Source: Rugosibacter sp.
GTDB taxonomy: Bacteria; Pseudomonadota; Gammaproteobacteria; Burkholderiales; Rhodocyclaceae
Length of the DNA: 62,996 bases
Reading direction: 5' to 3'
NCBI GenBank assembly: GCA_011620215.1
Contig: WOZP01000044.1
Span: 1 to 62,996 of the forward strand
Part shown: positions 44,082 through 54,361 of the stretch, piece by piece
Position numbering within the stretch: the stretch's first letter is position 1
Layout: the number at the start of each line of letters is the position of its first letter
The notes under the pieces: generated by a model
Seen by the model: only the letters and a program-made list of their open reading frames with translations
Told to the model about the DNA's origin: nothing
Databases searched by the model: none
Made by a program: the position numbers and the translations under genes

Positions 44082-45446
44082 TTAGCCCACTTTAGGCAGG
44101 TGTTGCAAAGATGTCTGGATCGCATCCTCTGCATGCACATGGTCTTCCAGTTCACCGTCAAAATAGCGATCATAGGCCGCCATATCAAAATGGCCGTGCC
44201 CCGTCAGATTCACGAAAATTGTCTTCGCTTCGCCACTGGCTTTGCACAGGAGCGCTTCATCAACCGCGGCTCGAATGGCATGATTTGATTCCGGTGCCGG
44301 AATAATGCCTTCGGCGCGGGCAAACATAACCCCGGCTTCAAAGGTGGCCAACTGCGACACAGCGATGGCCTCGATAAGCCCTTCATGGTAAAGCTGCGAA
44401 ACTAAAGGCGAGTCACCGTGATAACGCAAGCCACCGGCGTGAATGCCGGGAGGAATGAAATCATGGCCCAATGTGTACATCTTCATAATCGGCGTAAAGC
44501 CAGAGGCATCGCCATAATCATAGGCATAAGTACCCTTGGTCAATGTAGGACACGAAGCGGGCTCAACCGCCACTAGACGCACCGGCTTGCCATTGTGGCC
44601 GCCAGCCGCATTATCCGCAAAAAATGGAAACGCCGCGCCAGCAAATGATGAACCGCCACCACAAGGCGCAAAAACTACATCCGGCCAATCGCCGGTGAGT
44701 GCAAATTGTTTTTTCGCTTCCAGGCCGATGATGGTTTGATGCAATGCAACGTGATTCAGAACCGAGCCTAGTGCATAGTTGGTATCCGCGCGTGAGGCCG
44801 CTTCTTCAACCGCCTCAGAGATCGCGATCCCCAGCGAACCTGGATTCTCCGGATCTTTCGCTAAATAGTCACGGCCCGTTTGCGTTAGATTCGAAGGGCT
44901 CGCAATCACTTCCGCACCCCAAGTACGCATCATCGAACGACGAAAAGGCTTTTGCTGATAACTGACCTTGACCATGAAAACGCGCACTTCAATGCCAAAC
45001 ATCTGGCCTGCAAATGCAATGGAAGATCCCCATTGACCTGCACCTGTCTCGGTTGTCAACCGGCGAATACCCGCTTCACGATTGTAGTAGGCCTGTGCTA
45101 CTGCAGTATTCGGCTTATGCGACCCAGCCGACGATACGCCTTCGTTCTTGTAATAAATTTTTGCCGGCGTACCTAGCATTTCTTCGAGCCGCTTCGCCCT
45201 GATCAACGGCGTGGGGCGCCACAAGCGATAAATTTCGCGCACGGGTTCCGGTATCGGAATCCATCGTTCGGAAGACATCTCTTGCTCAAGTAACGCCATC
45301 GGGAAAATAGCCGCCATTTTCTCAAGAGGAACGGGCTTGTTATCCGGCCCCAGCGTCGGTGCCGGGGGATGCGGCATATCCGCAACGACGTTGTACCAAT
45401 GGGTAGGTATTTCGGATTGGTCCAACATGAAACGTAGCGGCTCCAT
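44082..45446 (-). CDS. TrpB-like PLP enzyme (stand-alone tryptophan synthase beta, TrpB2 type)
   Basis: GSHKPN (PLP Lys), [33 protein letters not shown]. Confidence 0.92.
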   Translation of the reverse strand: MEPLRFMLDQSEIPTHWYNVVADMPHPPAPTLGPDNKPVPLEKMAAIFPMALLEQEMSSERWIPIPEPVREIYRLWRPTPLIRAKRLEEMLGTPAKIYYKNEGVSSAGSHKPNTAVAQAYYNREAGIRRLTTETGAGQWGSSIAFAGQMFGIEVRVFMVKVSYQQKPFRRSMMRTWGAEVIASPSNLTQTGRDYLAKDPENPGSLGIAISEAVEEAASRADTNYALGSVLNHVALHQTIIGLEAKKQFALTGDWPDVVFAPCGGGSSFAGAAFPFFADNAAGGHNGKPVRLVAVEPASCPTLTKGTYAYDYGDASGFTPIMKMYTLGHDFIPPGIHAGGLRYHGDSPLVSQLYHEGLIEAIAVSQLATFEAGVMFARAEGIIPAPESNHAIRAAVDEALLCKASGEAKTIFVNLTGHGHFDMAAYDRYFDGELEDHVHAEDAIQTSLQHLPKVG

Positions 45447-45570
45447 GCACTCTCCTGATGATTGACGAATAAAACTACAGGGTTGCTACAACCTGCACAA
45501 ATATACCCATAATGTGCAACAGTACGCTACAGGCATATTCATTGCGCCAAAATCACCCGATAAAACAGAA

Positions 45571-46635
45571 TTAACTGATCGCCTCGGCAATCGCACGCCC
45601 GATATCCTGCGTTGATGCTTTTCCACCCAAGTCTGGCGTTTTCGGTCCCTCTTGGAGCACGGTTTCAATCGCCCGCACAACAGATTCAGCCGCTTCAGTG
45701 TGACCTAGGTGATCAAGCATCATCGCACCGGACCAGATCATGCCAATGGGGTTGGCAATGTTCTGGCCGTAAATATCCGGGGCAGAACCGTGCACGGGCT
45801 CGAACATCGACGGATAAAGACGCTCGGGATTCAGATTGGCTGAGGGCGCAATAGCGATTGTGCCAGTACATGCCGGGCCCAGGTCAGACAAAATGTCGCC
45901 AAAAAGATTAGAGCCGACAACCACATCAAAGCGATCTGGAAAGCGAACAAAGTGCGCCGTCAAGATATCAATATGATATTGATCCGTCGCCACATCGGGA
46001 TAGTCTGCCGCTACTGCCCGGAAACGCTCATCCCAAAACGGCATGGTAATCGAAATACCATTGGATTTAGTAGCCGAGGTGAGGTGTTTGCGCACACGCC
46101 GACGAGTCAGTTCAAAGGCATAGCGCATGATGCGGTCCGTTCCATGGCGTGAAAATATGCTTTCCTGCACAGCAATTTCGCGCTCAGTGCCCTCGTACAT
46201 TCGGCCACCGGCTGAAGAATATTCGCCTTCCGAATTTTCACGCACAATGATGAAGTCAATATCACCCACCTTGCGATTTGCCAGCGGAGAAGCGACGCCG
46301 GGCATGAGTCGCACTGGTCGTACGTTGGCATATTGATCAAATTCACGACGAATCCTGATCAATAAACCCCAGAGCGAAATATGGTCCGGCACGAGTGATG
46401 GTAAACCCACAGCGCCAAGATAAACCGCGTCATGGTGGCGAATTTTCTGCAATCCATCCTCGGGCATCATGCTGCCGTGTTTCACATAGTAATCGCAACT
46501 CCAGGGAAGCTCGTCATACTCAAGGGAAAAGCCATAACGTGAGGCAACAGTATCCAAAACGCGCTGCCCTTCCGGCATCACTTCTTTGCCAATGCCATCG
46601 CCTGCAATAACTGCAATCTTGTGTTTTTTTATCAT
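45571..46635 (-). CDS. Tartrate/D-malate dehydrogenase (decarboxylating), isocitrate/isopropylmalate DH family
   Basis: GDGIGKEV, PDHISLWG, RENSEGEYS, ATKSNG, SNLFGDILSD, FEPVHGSAPDI. Confidence 0.9.
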   Translation of the reverse strand: MIKKHKIAVIAGDGIGKEVMPEGQRVLDTVASRYGFSLEYDELPWSCDYYVKHGSMMPEDGLQKIRHHDAVYLGAVGLPSLVPDHISLWGLLIRIRREFDQYANVRPVRLMPGVASPLANRKVGDIDFIIVRENSEGEYSSAGGRMYEGTEREIAVQESIFSRHGTDRIMRYAFELTRRRVRKHLTSATKSNGISITMPFWDERFRAVAADYPDVATDQYHIDILTAHFVRFPDRFDVVVGSNLFGDILSDLGPACTGTIAIAPSANLNPERLYPSMFEPVHGSAPDIYGQNIANPIGMIWSGAMMLDHLGHTEAAESVVRAIETVLQEGPKTPDLGGKASTQDIGRAIAEAIS

Positions 46636-46656
46636 CAAAATTTTTTCTTCAGCGCG

Positions 46657-47667
46657 TTATTTTGCGTAGGTATCCAGCACGCTCAGTATCCGGTCAGCGG
46701 CCACTAGCGTTGGCACTTGCAAGCCAAACTCATGCGCTTTTTCAATAATCGGCTTAAGAATCCAGGGAGCTTCCGACTTGCGGTGATGCAACACATCATC
46801 ATGCATCGATGTACGGCTGCGAATGCCTTTGGCTTGCAGTTGCTGCGCCATGGACATTATTCCATCACAAGCATCATCAAAGCTTTTTGCTTCGTGAACC
46901 TCTTTTAATCTGGACAGCGGAGCATAAAAGTTTTGTGGGGTATACCCCATGCGGGTGTACACGGAAAGAATCTCGTAACCAAGCGTGACATAATGCTCTG
47001 CCCCCGCCCTCAGTACCGCCCCTTCATTAAAAGTCAGCTCAGGATTGCCTGGCAACGTGCTTGCAGACCAGGCAGAGGCGTTACATATCTGGCAAAGCTT
47101 TTCCCACAATACCTGGCGAATGCAGGTGACTGCTTTCGAGGGTAAGCCGGCGCTATTCATCGCTGCAACGAGCTTTTCAGCACGCGGACTCACGGTACCA
47201 TCCAACTCACCCGCATAAAAAGTAGTGGTGGCGGTAATGTGATTCAAGACAATGCCCGGTGCCTCCAGAGTTCCCCCTTCAATAATGGAAACACCCAAGA
47301 CTTTTGCCTCACCAGCCCATTGTGCCAGCAAACTTTCTTTGACGATATTGTTTTGCAAAGAAACGACCGTCGCACAGCGATCTTTCAGGCGAATAGCATC
47401 GTTAAGGGCTTCTGCTGTATCTTTGGATTTGACAGCAAGTATGAAGTAATCAAACTCACCCATGGCTTGATCCGGATGAGTGACAGCTGTCAGGTTTTCC
47501 TTGATCAGATGCTCTCCGCGACGCTGCCCATGTATCCGCAAACCATTTTTTCGAATAGCCTCTGCATGAGAAGGGCGCGCAATCAGGGTGACGTCAACAC
47601 CTGCTTCTGCAAGATACCCGCCAACGACAGAACCAAGCCCTCCGCCACCTAGAATACATATTCTCAT
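46657..47667 (-). CDS. Ketopantoate-reductase (PanE/ApbA)-like oxidoreductase
   Basis: GGGGLG Rossmann motif, AVKS, SLQN, WEKL, TSMHDD...SE. Confidence 0.82.
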   Translation of the reverse strand: MRICILGGGGLGSVVGGYLAEAGVDVTLIARPSHAEAIRKNGLRIHGQRRGEHLIKENLTAVTHPDQAMGEFDYFILAVKSKDTAEALNDAIRLKDRCATVVSLQNNIVKESLLAQWAGEAKVLGVSIIEGGTLEAPGIVLNHITATTTFYAGELDGTVSPRAEKLVAAMNSAGLPSKAVTCIRQVLWEKLCQICNASAWSASTLPGNPELTFNEGAVLRAGAEHYVTLGYEILSVYTRMGYTPQNFYAPLSRLKEVHEAKSFDDACDGIMSMAQQLQAKGIRSRTSMHDDVLHHRKSEAPWILKPIIEKAHEFGLQVPTLVAADRILSVLDTYAK

Positions 47668-47685
47668 TACGCGCCCCTAGTCGAA

Positions 47686-48648
47686 TTAAGCGACGCCAAG
47701 TTCGCGTAGTTTTGCCGCGACTTGCTCGAACCGCTCCCTGCTGGGGCTGCGCACTGGCGGAATCACCGGGCCCGCTTTTAGACCAATGGCTTCATACCAA
47801 GCTTTCAGCGTGCCAAGTGCACCAGCGTAAGTGGCTGTGGCCGCAATGGTCCACAAAAACTCTTCTTCATAATAAGTACGCACACCCTCCAGCCCGAGCC
47901 ATGCTTGGCGCGCTTCCTCATGCTTGCCTTCAGCCGACAAGCGCACGTAATCTTTAACCAAATGTCGTTTTTTGCCATACAGCATATAGGAGAGCTCGCC
48001 CCACAACACTTGACCACCTGCGCGCTGCTCATCTAGCAACCAGTATTCAGAAGGCTCCATGACGATGAAGTCAGGCCGCATCAAGCGGCGCAGGCGCAGT
48101 GTCACAGCACGGTTGAGCTCGCCTTGTTTGGCTCCAATGACGGTGTCAATATCCGCCAGCCGGTTCATCAGGTCAACACCAAGAACCTTGCCAGAAACCG
48201 GCGTACGGTATAGACAAACGGCCAAGTCAGAGCGGTCGGTGACATATTTGAACCAGTCGAAAATTTCGTCGTCCGTGCGCAACTGGATCACCGGGTTGAT
48301 CACCTCGGCACCGTTGTAGCCGAGCTTTTCAACGAACGCCATTTTCTCAACAGCCACACTCGCTTCCGGGTCAAGAATGATGGTCCATAAATCCATCCGG
48401 CCTTTGACAGCATCAGCAACTACCTCATGATAACGATTCCATTCGGCTGGCTTGACATTCCAGCATTCCGAAATAAAGCCGCCAACGACGAGGCCATCAA
48501 TCCCCATATCCACATATTTTTCAATGTTTTCTCGAAGGCCTGCTTCGTCAAATTTAAAATCCGGCGTGACGGGTGACAGAGGGCACATGTAAAGCCCACG
48601 TACATTCTTCAGCGCCCATTGTTTTGCTTCTTTACGCGTAAATTCCAT
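47686..48648 (-). CDS. DHDPS/NAL-superfamily class I aldolase-like protein (not DapA)
   Basis: DEAGLRENI, GGFISE in place of GTTGE, LYRTP (Tyr), GAKQG (Schiff-base Lys). Confidence 0.82.
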   Translation of the reverse strand: MEFTRKEAKQWALKNVRGLYMCPLSPVTPDFKFDEAGLRENIEKYVDMGIDGLVVGGFISECWNVKPAEWNRYHEVVADAVKGRMDLWTIILDPEASVAVEKMAFVEKLGYNGAEVINPVIQLRTDDEIFDWFKYVTDRSDLAVCLYRTPVSGKVLGVDLMNRLADIDTVIGAKQGELNRAVTLRLRRLMRPDFIVMEPSEYWLLDEQRAGGQVLWGELSYMLYGKKRHLVKDYVRLSAEGKHEEARQAWLGLEGVRTYYEEEFLWTIAATATYAGALGTLKAWYEAIGLKAGPVIPPVRSPSRERFEQVAAKLRELGVA

Positions 48649-48764
48649 AACTACTCTCCTCCGTTAAAAATTTCGACTCCATTGGCCGAAAATAAGTGAA
48701 CCAGAAAAAATGGCAACCTTCACCCACTAACCTGCACCACCGGCAACCTGGCTAATTACCAAAC

Positions 48765-50228
48765 TCAAATACCCACCGGCGATGTTTTTACATCAACAAA
48801 CTCGAACAAGCCTTCAATCCCCCCTTCGCGGCCATAGCCCGATTGCCTCATGCCACCAAACGGTGCCTCAGGTGCGGGGCCAGTGCCGGTATTCCAGGCG
48901 ACATGCTGAAAGTGCAAACCCTCGACAAACCGTTGAGCGCGTGCAGAATTTTGAGTGAAAATATAAGAAGCCAAACCATATTCGGTATCGTTCGCCTTCA
49001 GCATCGCATCATTTTCATCATCAAATTCCGCGATAGGCACCAAAGGCCCAAAGGTTTCCTCATTCCAGCAAGCCATTGTGCGATTAACGCCTGAAATAAC
49101 CGTTGGCGGAAAAAACCCTCCCCATTCTTTCTCCAGTGGCGGCGGCAACGCATCGGCCACCGCACCTGCCACCAACTGTGCGCCTTTTGCCATGGCATCG
49201 GTCAAATGATGACGTACTTTTTCATATCCCGCGCGATCCACCAGTGGCCCAATGTCCGTTTCATCATCCAGGCTATTTCCCAAGCGCAAGGCATTGACCC
49301 GGATTGTCAGTCGTTTGGAAAATTCAGCGGCAATTGAACGTTCAACAAGTATCCGATTAGCGCAAACACAAGTCTGCCCGCTGCCACGAAATTTATTCAC
49401 CATGAGTTGATCAACCGCCTTGTCCATATCCGCATCGGCAAAAACAATATATGGCGCGTTGCCGCCCAATTCGAGCGCAACGCGTTTCACTTGCGCGGCG
49501 CTCTTGACGATGAGCTCCTTGCCCACTTCAGTCGAACCCGTAAAACTAATCACAGCGACATCAGGGTGCGTTAGCAACGCATCGGCGATAGCGCCCGCCG
49601 AACCGGGTACGAGATTGGCCCAACCGGCAGGCAGCTGCACCTCTCGCTCTAGCAACGCAAACAAGGCAATCATTGTCAGCGGCGTTTTAGATGCCGGCTT
49701 GATAATGCTTGCGCATCCGGCCGCCAGTGCGGCTGAAAGTTTCTTGGCGATCATGCCGATAGGAAAGTTCCACGGCACGATAAGACCCACCACACCGGCT
49801 GGACGATACAGCACCCGCCACTCGCAACCACGCGGACGCTCTTCCAGCACCCGTGACTTGAGATGATCAATGTTCGCTGCGCAATAAGTGAAAAATCCTG
49901 CAGCGTAATCAACTTCCGCCTTGCCTTCCCGCCAGGGTTTACCGTGTTCCAGGCAGAGGATACGACCAATTTCATCGCGATTCTTGACAAGCGCCGACGC
50001 AATGTTCTCCAGCCATTCACGACGTTTTTCAATGGTTGGGGTATTCGCCATAGCGCGGCTGGCAGCACTAATCGCGAGCAACGTCTCGTCACCCCCCATG
50101 CGCGCCACTTGCGCGAGCACATCGCCCGTAGCGGGATTGATCACTGGAAAAGTTTGCCCGCCATCGGCCGCACACCAATGGCCGTCAATATAGCCACCGG
50201 CCACGGGGATGAGAGGGGAAGAAATCAT
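48765..50228 (-). CDS. NAD(P)-dependent aldehyde dehydrogenase, succinate-semialdehyde DH (GabD)-like
   Basis: PWNFP, FTGSTEVG, LELGGNAP, GQTCVCANR, EETFGP, PFGG..QSG.GREG. Confidence 0.92.
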   Translation of the reverse strand: MISSPLIPVAGGYIDGHWCAADGGQTFPVINPATGDVLAQVARMGGDETLLAISAASRAMANTPTIEKRREWLENIASALVKNRDEIGRILCLEHGKPWREGKAEVDYAAGFFTYCAANIDHLKSRVLEERPRGCEWRVLYRPAGVVGLIVPWNFPIGMIAKKLSAALAAGCASIIKPASKTPLTMIALFALLEREVQLPAGWANLVPGSAGAIADALLTHPDVAVISFTGSTEVGKELIVKSAAQVKRVALELGGNAPYIVFADADMDKAVDQLMVNKFRGSGQTCVCANRILVERSIAAEFSKRLTIRVNALRLGNSLDDETDIGPLVDRAGYEKVRHHLTDAMAKGAQLVAGAVADALPPPLEKEWGGFFPPTVISGVNRTMACWNEETFGPLVPIAEFDDENDAMLKANDTEYGLASYIFTQNSARAQRFVEGLHFQHVAWNTGTGPAPEAPFGGMRQSGYGREGGIEGLFEFVDVKTSPVGI

Positions 50229-50447
50229 AGATAACTTTAATGAAACCGAAAGGAACTGAAACGAAAAAATACCTGAAAAATATTATGCAATTCAGACAAA
50301 AAATAACATACCGTCACTTATCTGGCTGGCGCTATATATTTGCACTAGGGCTTTACTTTATCATCTGCACAAACCAAATGAACCATTCTTGTATTTAGAT
50401 ATCGAATACACTTTATTATTAACATTAACCAAAAGGAAATGTGCTCT

Positions 50448-51140
50448 ATGGAAACCATAAACACTTACACCCAGACCTCAGCGCAAACGAGAGCTGAAAG
50501 CCAGCATCGAGTGCTCCGCAATACCTATGGCCTGTTGGCGCTTTCCATGGTGCCCACAGTGCTCGGCGCGCTCATCGGCATACAGATGAAAATGGCTTTT
50601 TTCGCCGGCAGCCCCCTTATCAGCTTCCTGGTTTTCATGGGCATCGCCTTTGCCTTCATGTGGGGCATCGAACGCAACAAGAACAGCAGTCTGGGCGTGG
50701 CACTATTGCTGGGCTTTACTTTTTTCATGGGCCTCATGCTCTCGCGCATCCTGCAAGTCGCGCTCGGTTTTGCGAACGGGGGTACGCTGATCGCCATGGC
50801 GGCAGGCGGCACCGGGGCGATTTTCTTTTCCCTGGCAGCCATAGCCTCAACCACGAAACGGGATTTTTCCAATATCGGCAAATTCCTGTTTGCCGGTGTC
50901 GTCCTGTTGCTGGTGGCGATGGTCGCCAATATCTTTTTCCAGATTCCTGCCCTGGCACTCGCCATATCAGCCATCGCCGTGGTGATTTTTTCGGCTTATA
51001 TCCTGTATGACATCAACCGCATCGTGCATGGCGGCGAGACCAATTACATCAGCGCCACACTGGCTGTCTATCTGGACATCTACAACGTGTTCGTCAACTT
51101 GCTGCAACTGTTGATGGCCTTCAGCGGTGACCGCCGGTAA
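50448..51140 (+). CDS. Bax inhibitor-1/YccA-family membrane protein
   Basis: VLRNTY.LL, ILYD, GGETNYI.AT, YLDIYN.F; about 7 TM segments. Alternative start at 50439. Confidence 0.92.
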   Translation: METINTYTQTSAQTRAESQHRVLRNTYGLLALSMVPTVLGALIGIQMKMAFFAGSPLISFLVFMGIAFAFMWGIERNKNSSLGVALLLGFTFFMGLMLSRILQVALGFANGGTLIAMAAGGTGAIFFSLAAIASTTKRDFSNIGKFLFAGVVLLLVAMVANIFFQIPALALAISAIAVVIFSAYILYDINRIVHGGETNYISATLAVYLDIYNVFVNLLQLLMAFSGDRR

Positions 51141-51164
51141 AAAGTCGGCGCTGGTAATACGGCG
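51141..51164 (+). repeat. Dispersed 24-bp motif, copy 8 (directly after the YccA-family stop codon)
   Basis: AAAGTCGGCGCTGGTAATACGGCG. Confidence 0.9.
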
Positions 51165-51181
51165 CAATATTAAAAAGCGTT

Positions 51182-51212
51182 AAAAAAGCGACCCTGCGGG
51201 GCCGCTTTTTTT
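51182..51212. terminator. Bidirectional intrinsic terminator between the YccA-family gene and rlmD
   Basis: AAAAAAGCGACCC-TGCG-GGGCCGCTTTTTTT. Confidence 0.8.
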
Positions 51213-51216
51213 GCCA

Positions 51217-52515
51217 CTATTTTTCAAACACGGCGATCGATTCGACGTGAGCGGTATGCGGAAACATGCTGGCAATGCCCGCTCCGCAGAGCGTGTAGCC
51301 TTTTTCATGCACTAGCACGGCAGCATCTCTTGCCAAGGTTGCGGGATTGCAAGAAACATACACAATCCGCTGCGGCCCACCCTCTGCGGGCAGCGCGTTA
51401 ACCAGGGCAATTGCACCTTCTCGTGGCGGATCGATCAAGAGCTTATCCACCTGACCCAATGCAGCGAAACTGGCTTCAGTCGCTTCGAACAAATTAGCCA
51501 CGGCAAACGTGCACTGAGCCGACAAACCGTTCAGCACCGCATTATCCTGGGCACGATGCACCAGCGCTGAACTGCCCTCGACCCCCACGACTGTCGCCCC
51601 TAGCCGCGCAATCGGCAAGGTGAAGTTGCCCAACCCGCAAAACATATCCACAATGCGCTCGCCTTTTTGCGGTGCCAGCAACGCCATGGCACGGCGCACC
51701 AGCATACGGTTAACGCCTGCATTGACCTGCGTAAATTCTGTCGGCCAGAAACGGAACGTCAGGCCATAGTCAGGCAAGGTGTAAGTCAAAAGAGGCGAGT
51801 TCTCAGGGTAAAACAACTGAACAGTATCCGGCCCCTTGGATTGCAAATACCAAACCACGCCATGTGCATCGGCAAAGCGCCGCAAATGATCTTCATCCTC
51901 ATCGCTCAATGGCGAAAGATGGCGCAGCAACAACACCGTGTGAACTTCGCCAACGGCCACCTCGATCTGCGGAAAGTGTTCCGGCTCAGACATCAATGCG
52001 ATCAACCGCTTTAATTCAGGAATCAATGCCGACACTTCGGGCGGAAACACTGCGCAGGAATCCATGACCGCCACGTAACTGCTGTGCTTTTCACGGAAAC
52101 CAATCAACGCGCCGCCTTTCTTCGCTACCCACCGCGCGGAGAACCTTGCACGATGACGATATCCCCAGGCACTCCCGGCAATGGGTGGATAAATCTGCTC
52201 GGGCTTAAGCCGCCCGATATGCCAGAGCGCATCTTCTACCACGCGTTGCTTGGCGGCGGTTTGGGCGGCAATGTTCAAGTGCTGCAAAGAACACCCGCCA
52301 CACACCCCAAAGTGCGGACAAGCCGGCACCACTCGCTGACTCGACGCACGTAGCACTTTCGTGACCGTCGCCTGCTCATAGCTCGGTTTGCGGCGATAAC
52401 TTGAAAACTCGACTTGCTCCCCTGGCAGTGCCCCTTCGATGAAAATGACTTTGCCGTCCACATGGGCAATGCCTCGTCCTTCATTGTCGAGCGATTCAAT
52501 CGTGACGATGGTCAT
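51217..52515 (-). CDS. rlmD: 23S rRNA (uracil1939-C5)-methyltransferase
   Basis: TRAM domain, [42 protein letters not shown]. Confidence 0.95.
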   Translation of the reverse strand: MTIVTIESLDNEGRGIAHVDGKVIFIEGALPGEQVEFSSYRRKPSYEQATVTKVLRASSQRVVPACPHFGVCGGCSLQHLNIAAQTAAKQRVVEDALWHIGRLKPEQIYPPIAGSAWGYRHRARFSARWVAKKGGALIGFREKHSSYVAVMDSCAVFPPEVSALIPELKRLIALMSEPEHFPQIEVAVGEVHTVLLLRHLSPLSDEDEDHLRRFADAHGVVWYLQSKGPDTVQLFYPENSPLLTYTLPDYGLTFRFWPTEFTQVNAGVNRMLVRRAMALLAPQKGERIVDMFCGLGNFTLPIARLGATVVGVEGSSALVHRAQDNAVLNGLSAQCTFAVANLFEATEASFAALGQVDKLLIDPPREGAIALVNALPAEGGPQRIVYVSCNPATLARDAAVLVHEKGYTLCGAGIASMFPHTAHVESIAVFEK

Positions 52516-52552
52516 AATGCGATCTGGAAAAACAGATGATTATAATCGGCCC

Positions 52553-53701
52553 ATGATGCCTGAATTATCTACTCTGCTCGGCGGCCTCACGCCTGAACGT
52601 TTTCTTGCCGAATACTGGCAAAAAAAACCCTTGCTGGTGCGCGGTGCCGTACCGGAAATCAACCAACTCATGAGCCGCAATGATCTCTTCCATCTGGCGA
52701 CAGGCGAAGACATTGAATCTCGCCTGATTACTCGCGCTGATGGCTGGCAAATGCACCACGGGCCGTTTTCATTGCGCCAACTCAAGCGTGCCGCGCTGCC
52801 CTGGACTGTGCTGGTGCAAAGCGTCAACCTCGCCCATGCGGCGGGCGATGCGCTTTTGCGACGCTTTGATTTCATCCCCTATGCGCGGCTGGATGACTTG
52901 ATGGTGAGCTACGCCACCGATACTGGCGGCGTCGGCCCGCATTTCGACAATTATGATGTTTTCCTGATTCAAGGCATGGGAAGTCGGCGCTGGCATATCG
53001 GCAAGCAAAAAGATAAAACCCTGATCGACGACCTGCCCATTCGCATCATCAAGGATTTTCGTCCTACGCAAGAATGGCTGCTCAATCCAGGTGACATGCT
53101 CTACCTGCCCCCGCAGTGGGCGCACGATGGCGTCGCCGTCGGCGAGTGCATGACTTTTTCTGTTGGCTTTCGCACCCCCACGGCACAGGAATTAGGCGAG
53201 CAGTTTCTCTCCTTTTTGCAAGAGCGGCTGAGCTTGCCCGGCCGTTACAGCGACCCGGATTTGAAAAAGCCACGGCATGCCGCTGAAATTGGCACGGCCA
53301 TGATAGATCAAGTGGAGACGATGCTTTCCAGCATTCGCTGGAACCGCACCACGGTACGCAACTTCTTGGGAACCTCGCTCACCGAGCCCAAAGCCAACGT
53401 ATTTTTCGACCCACCGGCGCACCCGCTGACCATAGCCCGCTTTGCCGCTGCAGCCAAGCGCAAGGGCGTTGTACTCTCCCCTGCCAGCCAATTGCTGTTT
53501 TCGGGAAACCAGTTTTATCTCAATGGAGAAGACTGGAAAATGCCTGCCCACGTGAAGCCCCTCATACGTGAACTTGCCAACCACCGCACCCTGAAAATAG
53601 CGCAACCAACCGGTGTAGCGCTTGCCAAAGATGTACTTGATGACGCTGTCGGCCTGCTGTATGAAGCCTATTGCGATGGATTTCTCTGGCCAGCATCATG
53701 A
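52553..53701 (+). CDS. JmjC/cupin-4 protein (YcfD/RoxA-like ribosomal oxygenase)
   Basis: WQKKPLL, RLDDLMVS, GGVGPHFDNYDVFL, PGDMLYLPP..AH, SVGFR. Confidence 0.9.
   Translation: MMPELSTLLGGLTPERFLAEYWQKKPLLVRGAVPEINQLMSRNDLFHLATGEDIESRLITRADGWQMHHGPFSLRQLKRAALPWTVLVQSVNLAHAAGDALLRRFDFIPYARLDDLMVSYATDTGGVGPHFDNYDVFLIQGMGSRRWHIGKQKDKTLIDDLPIRIIKDFRPTQEWLLNPGDMLYLPPQWAHDGVAVGECMTFSVGFRTPTAQELGEQFLSFLQERLSLPGRYSDPDLKKPRHAAEIGTAMIDQVETMLSSIRWNRTTVRNFLGTSLTEPKANVFFDPPAHPLTIARFAAAAKRKGVVLSPASQLLFSGNQFYLNGEDWKMPAHVKPLIRELANHRTLKIAQPTGVALAKDVLDDAVGLLYEAYCDGFLWPAS
52980..53003 (+). repeat. Degenerate copy of the 24-bp motif (inside the cupin gene, encodes SRRWHIG)
   Basis: GAAGTCGGCGCTGGCATATCGGCA: left arm and CGGC kept in register, middle diverged. 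Confidence 0.5.
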
Positions 53702-54219
53702 CAGTGACAGCAATCCCTAGCCAATACACCCTGCTAACGGGCGAAAGCGAATACCGCGCGGCGATAGACACAGTGCTCGATAGCGCCATGAGTACTCTTG
53801 CCATCTTGGATCACGATCTGGCTGCACTCCGTTTGGAAGAACCTCAGCGCTTATCCAAACTAGGCAAGTTTCTGCACGCCCAGCATCCCGCCCAGCATCC
53901 GAATGAGCGCACGAAAAAATTACGCATCGTGATTCACCAAACCCATTGGCTGGATAGCCATATGCCACGACTGATGAACCTCTTCACCCGCTATGCGCAT
54001 GCAGTTGACGTGCGCCAAAGCCCAGACAACCTACGCCAGCTTGCCGACACGCATCTGTTAGCTGACGGCTGCCATGGTGTGCGTCGCTTTCATATTGACC
54101 ACGCGCGATGCGCTTTGATACAGGCCGACCCAGCTGCCATTCAACCGTGGCAACGGCGGTTTGAAGAACTCTGGGCACTATCCCTTCCCTGCCTGAAACT
54201 AAATACTACAGGTTTGTAG
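53698..54219 (+). CDS. Conserved-looking hypothetical protein downstream of the cupin gene
   Basis: ATG overlaps the cupin stop; ends with RFEELW...TTGL. Confidence 0.7.
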   Translation: MTVTAIPSQYTLLTGESEYRAAIDTVLDSAMSTLAILDHDLAALRLEEPQRLSKLGKFLHAQHPAQHPNERTKKLRIVIHQTHWLDSHMPRLMNLFTRYAHAVDVRQSPDNLRQLADTHLLADGCHGVRRFHIDHARCALIQADPAAIQPWQRRFEELWALSLPCLKLNTTGL

Positions 54220-54361
54220 TTGAAAGCCAAGGATAAAACCCATGTCACAAATAAAAAAACATCATGCTAGAATCCGCGCTCGATTGGATTGAATTTTGTA
54301 GTTATTCGTCTCGATCGAAACCAATTGGCCTAATAATCCCTAACGTTAAGGAAATAAACAC

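Noticed and set aside
43090-50440. Integrative island at tRNA-Ser
   Set aside because: No integrase and no duplicated tRNA 3' end (attR) found by eye, so it is reported only as an accessory cluster.
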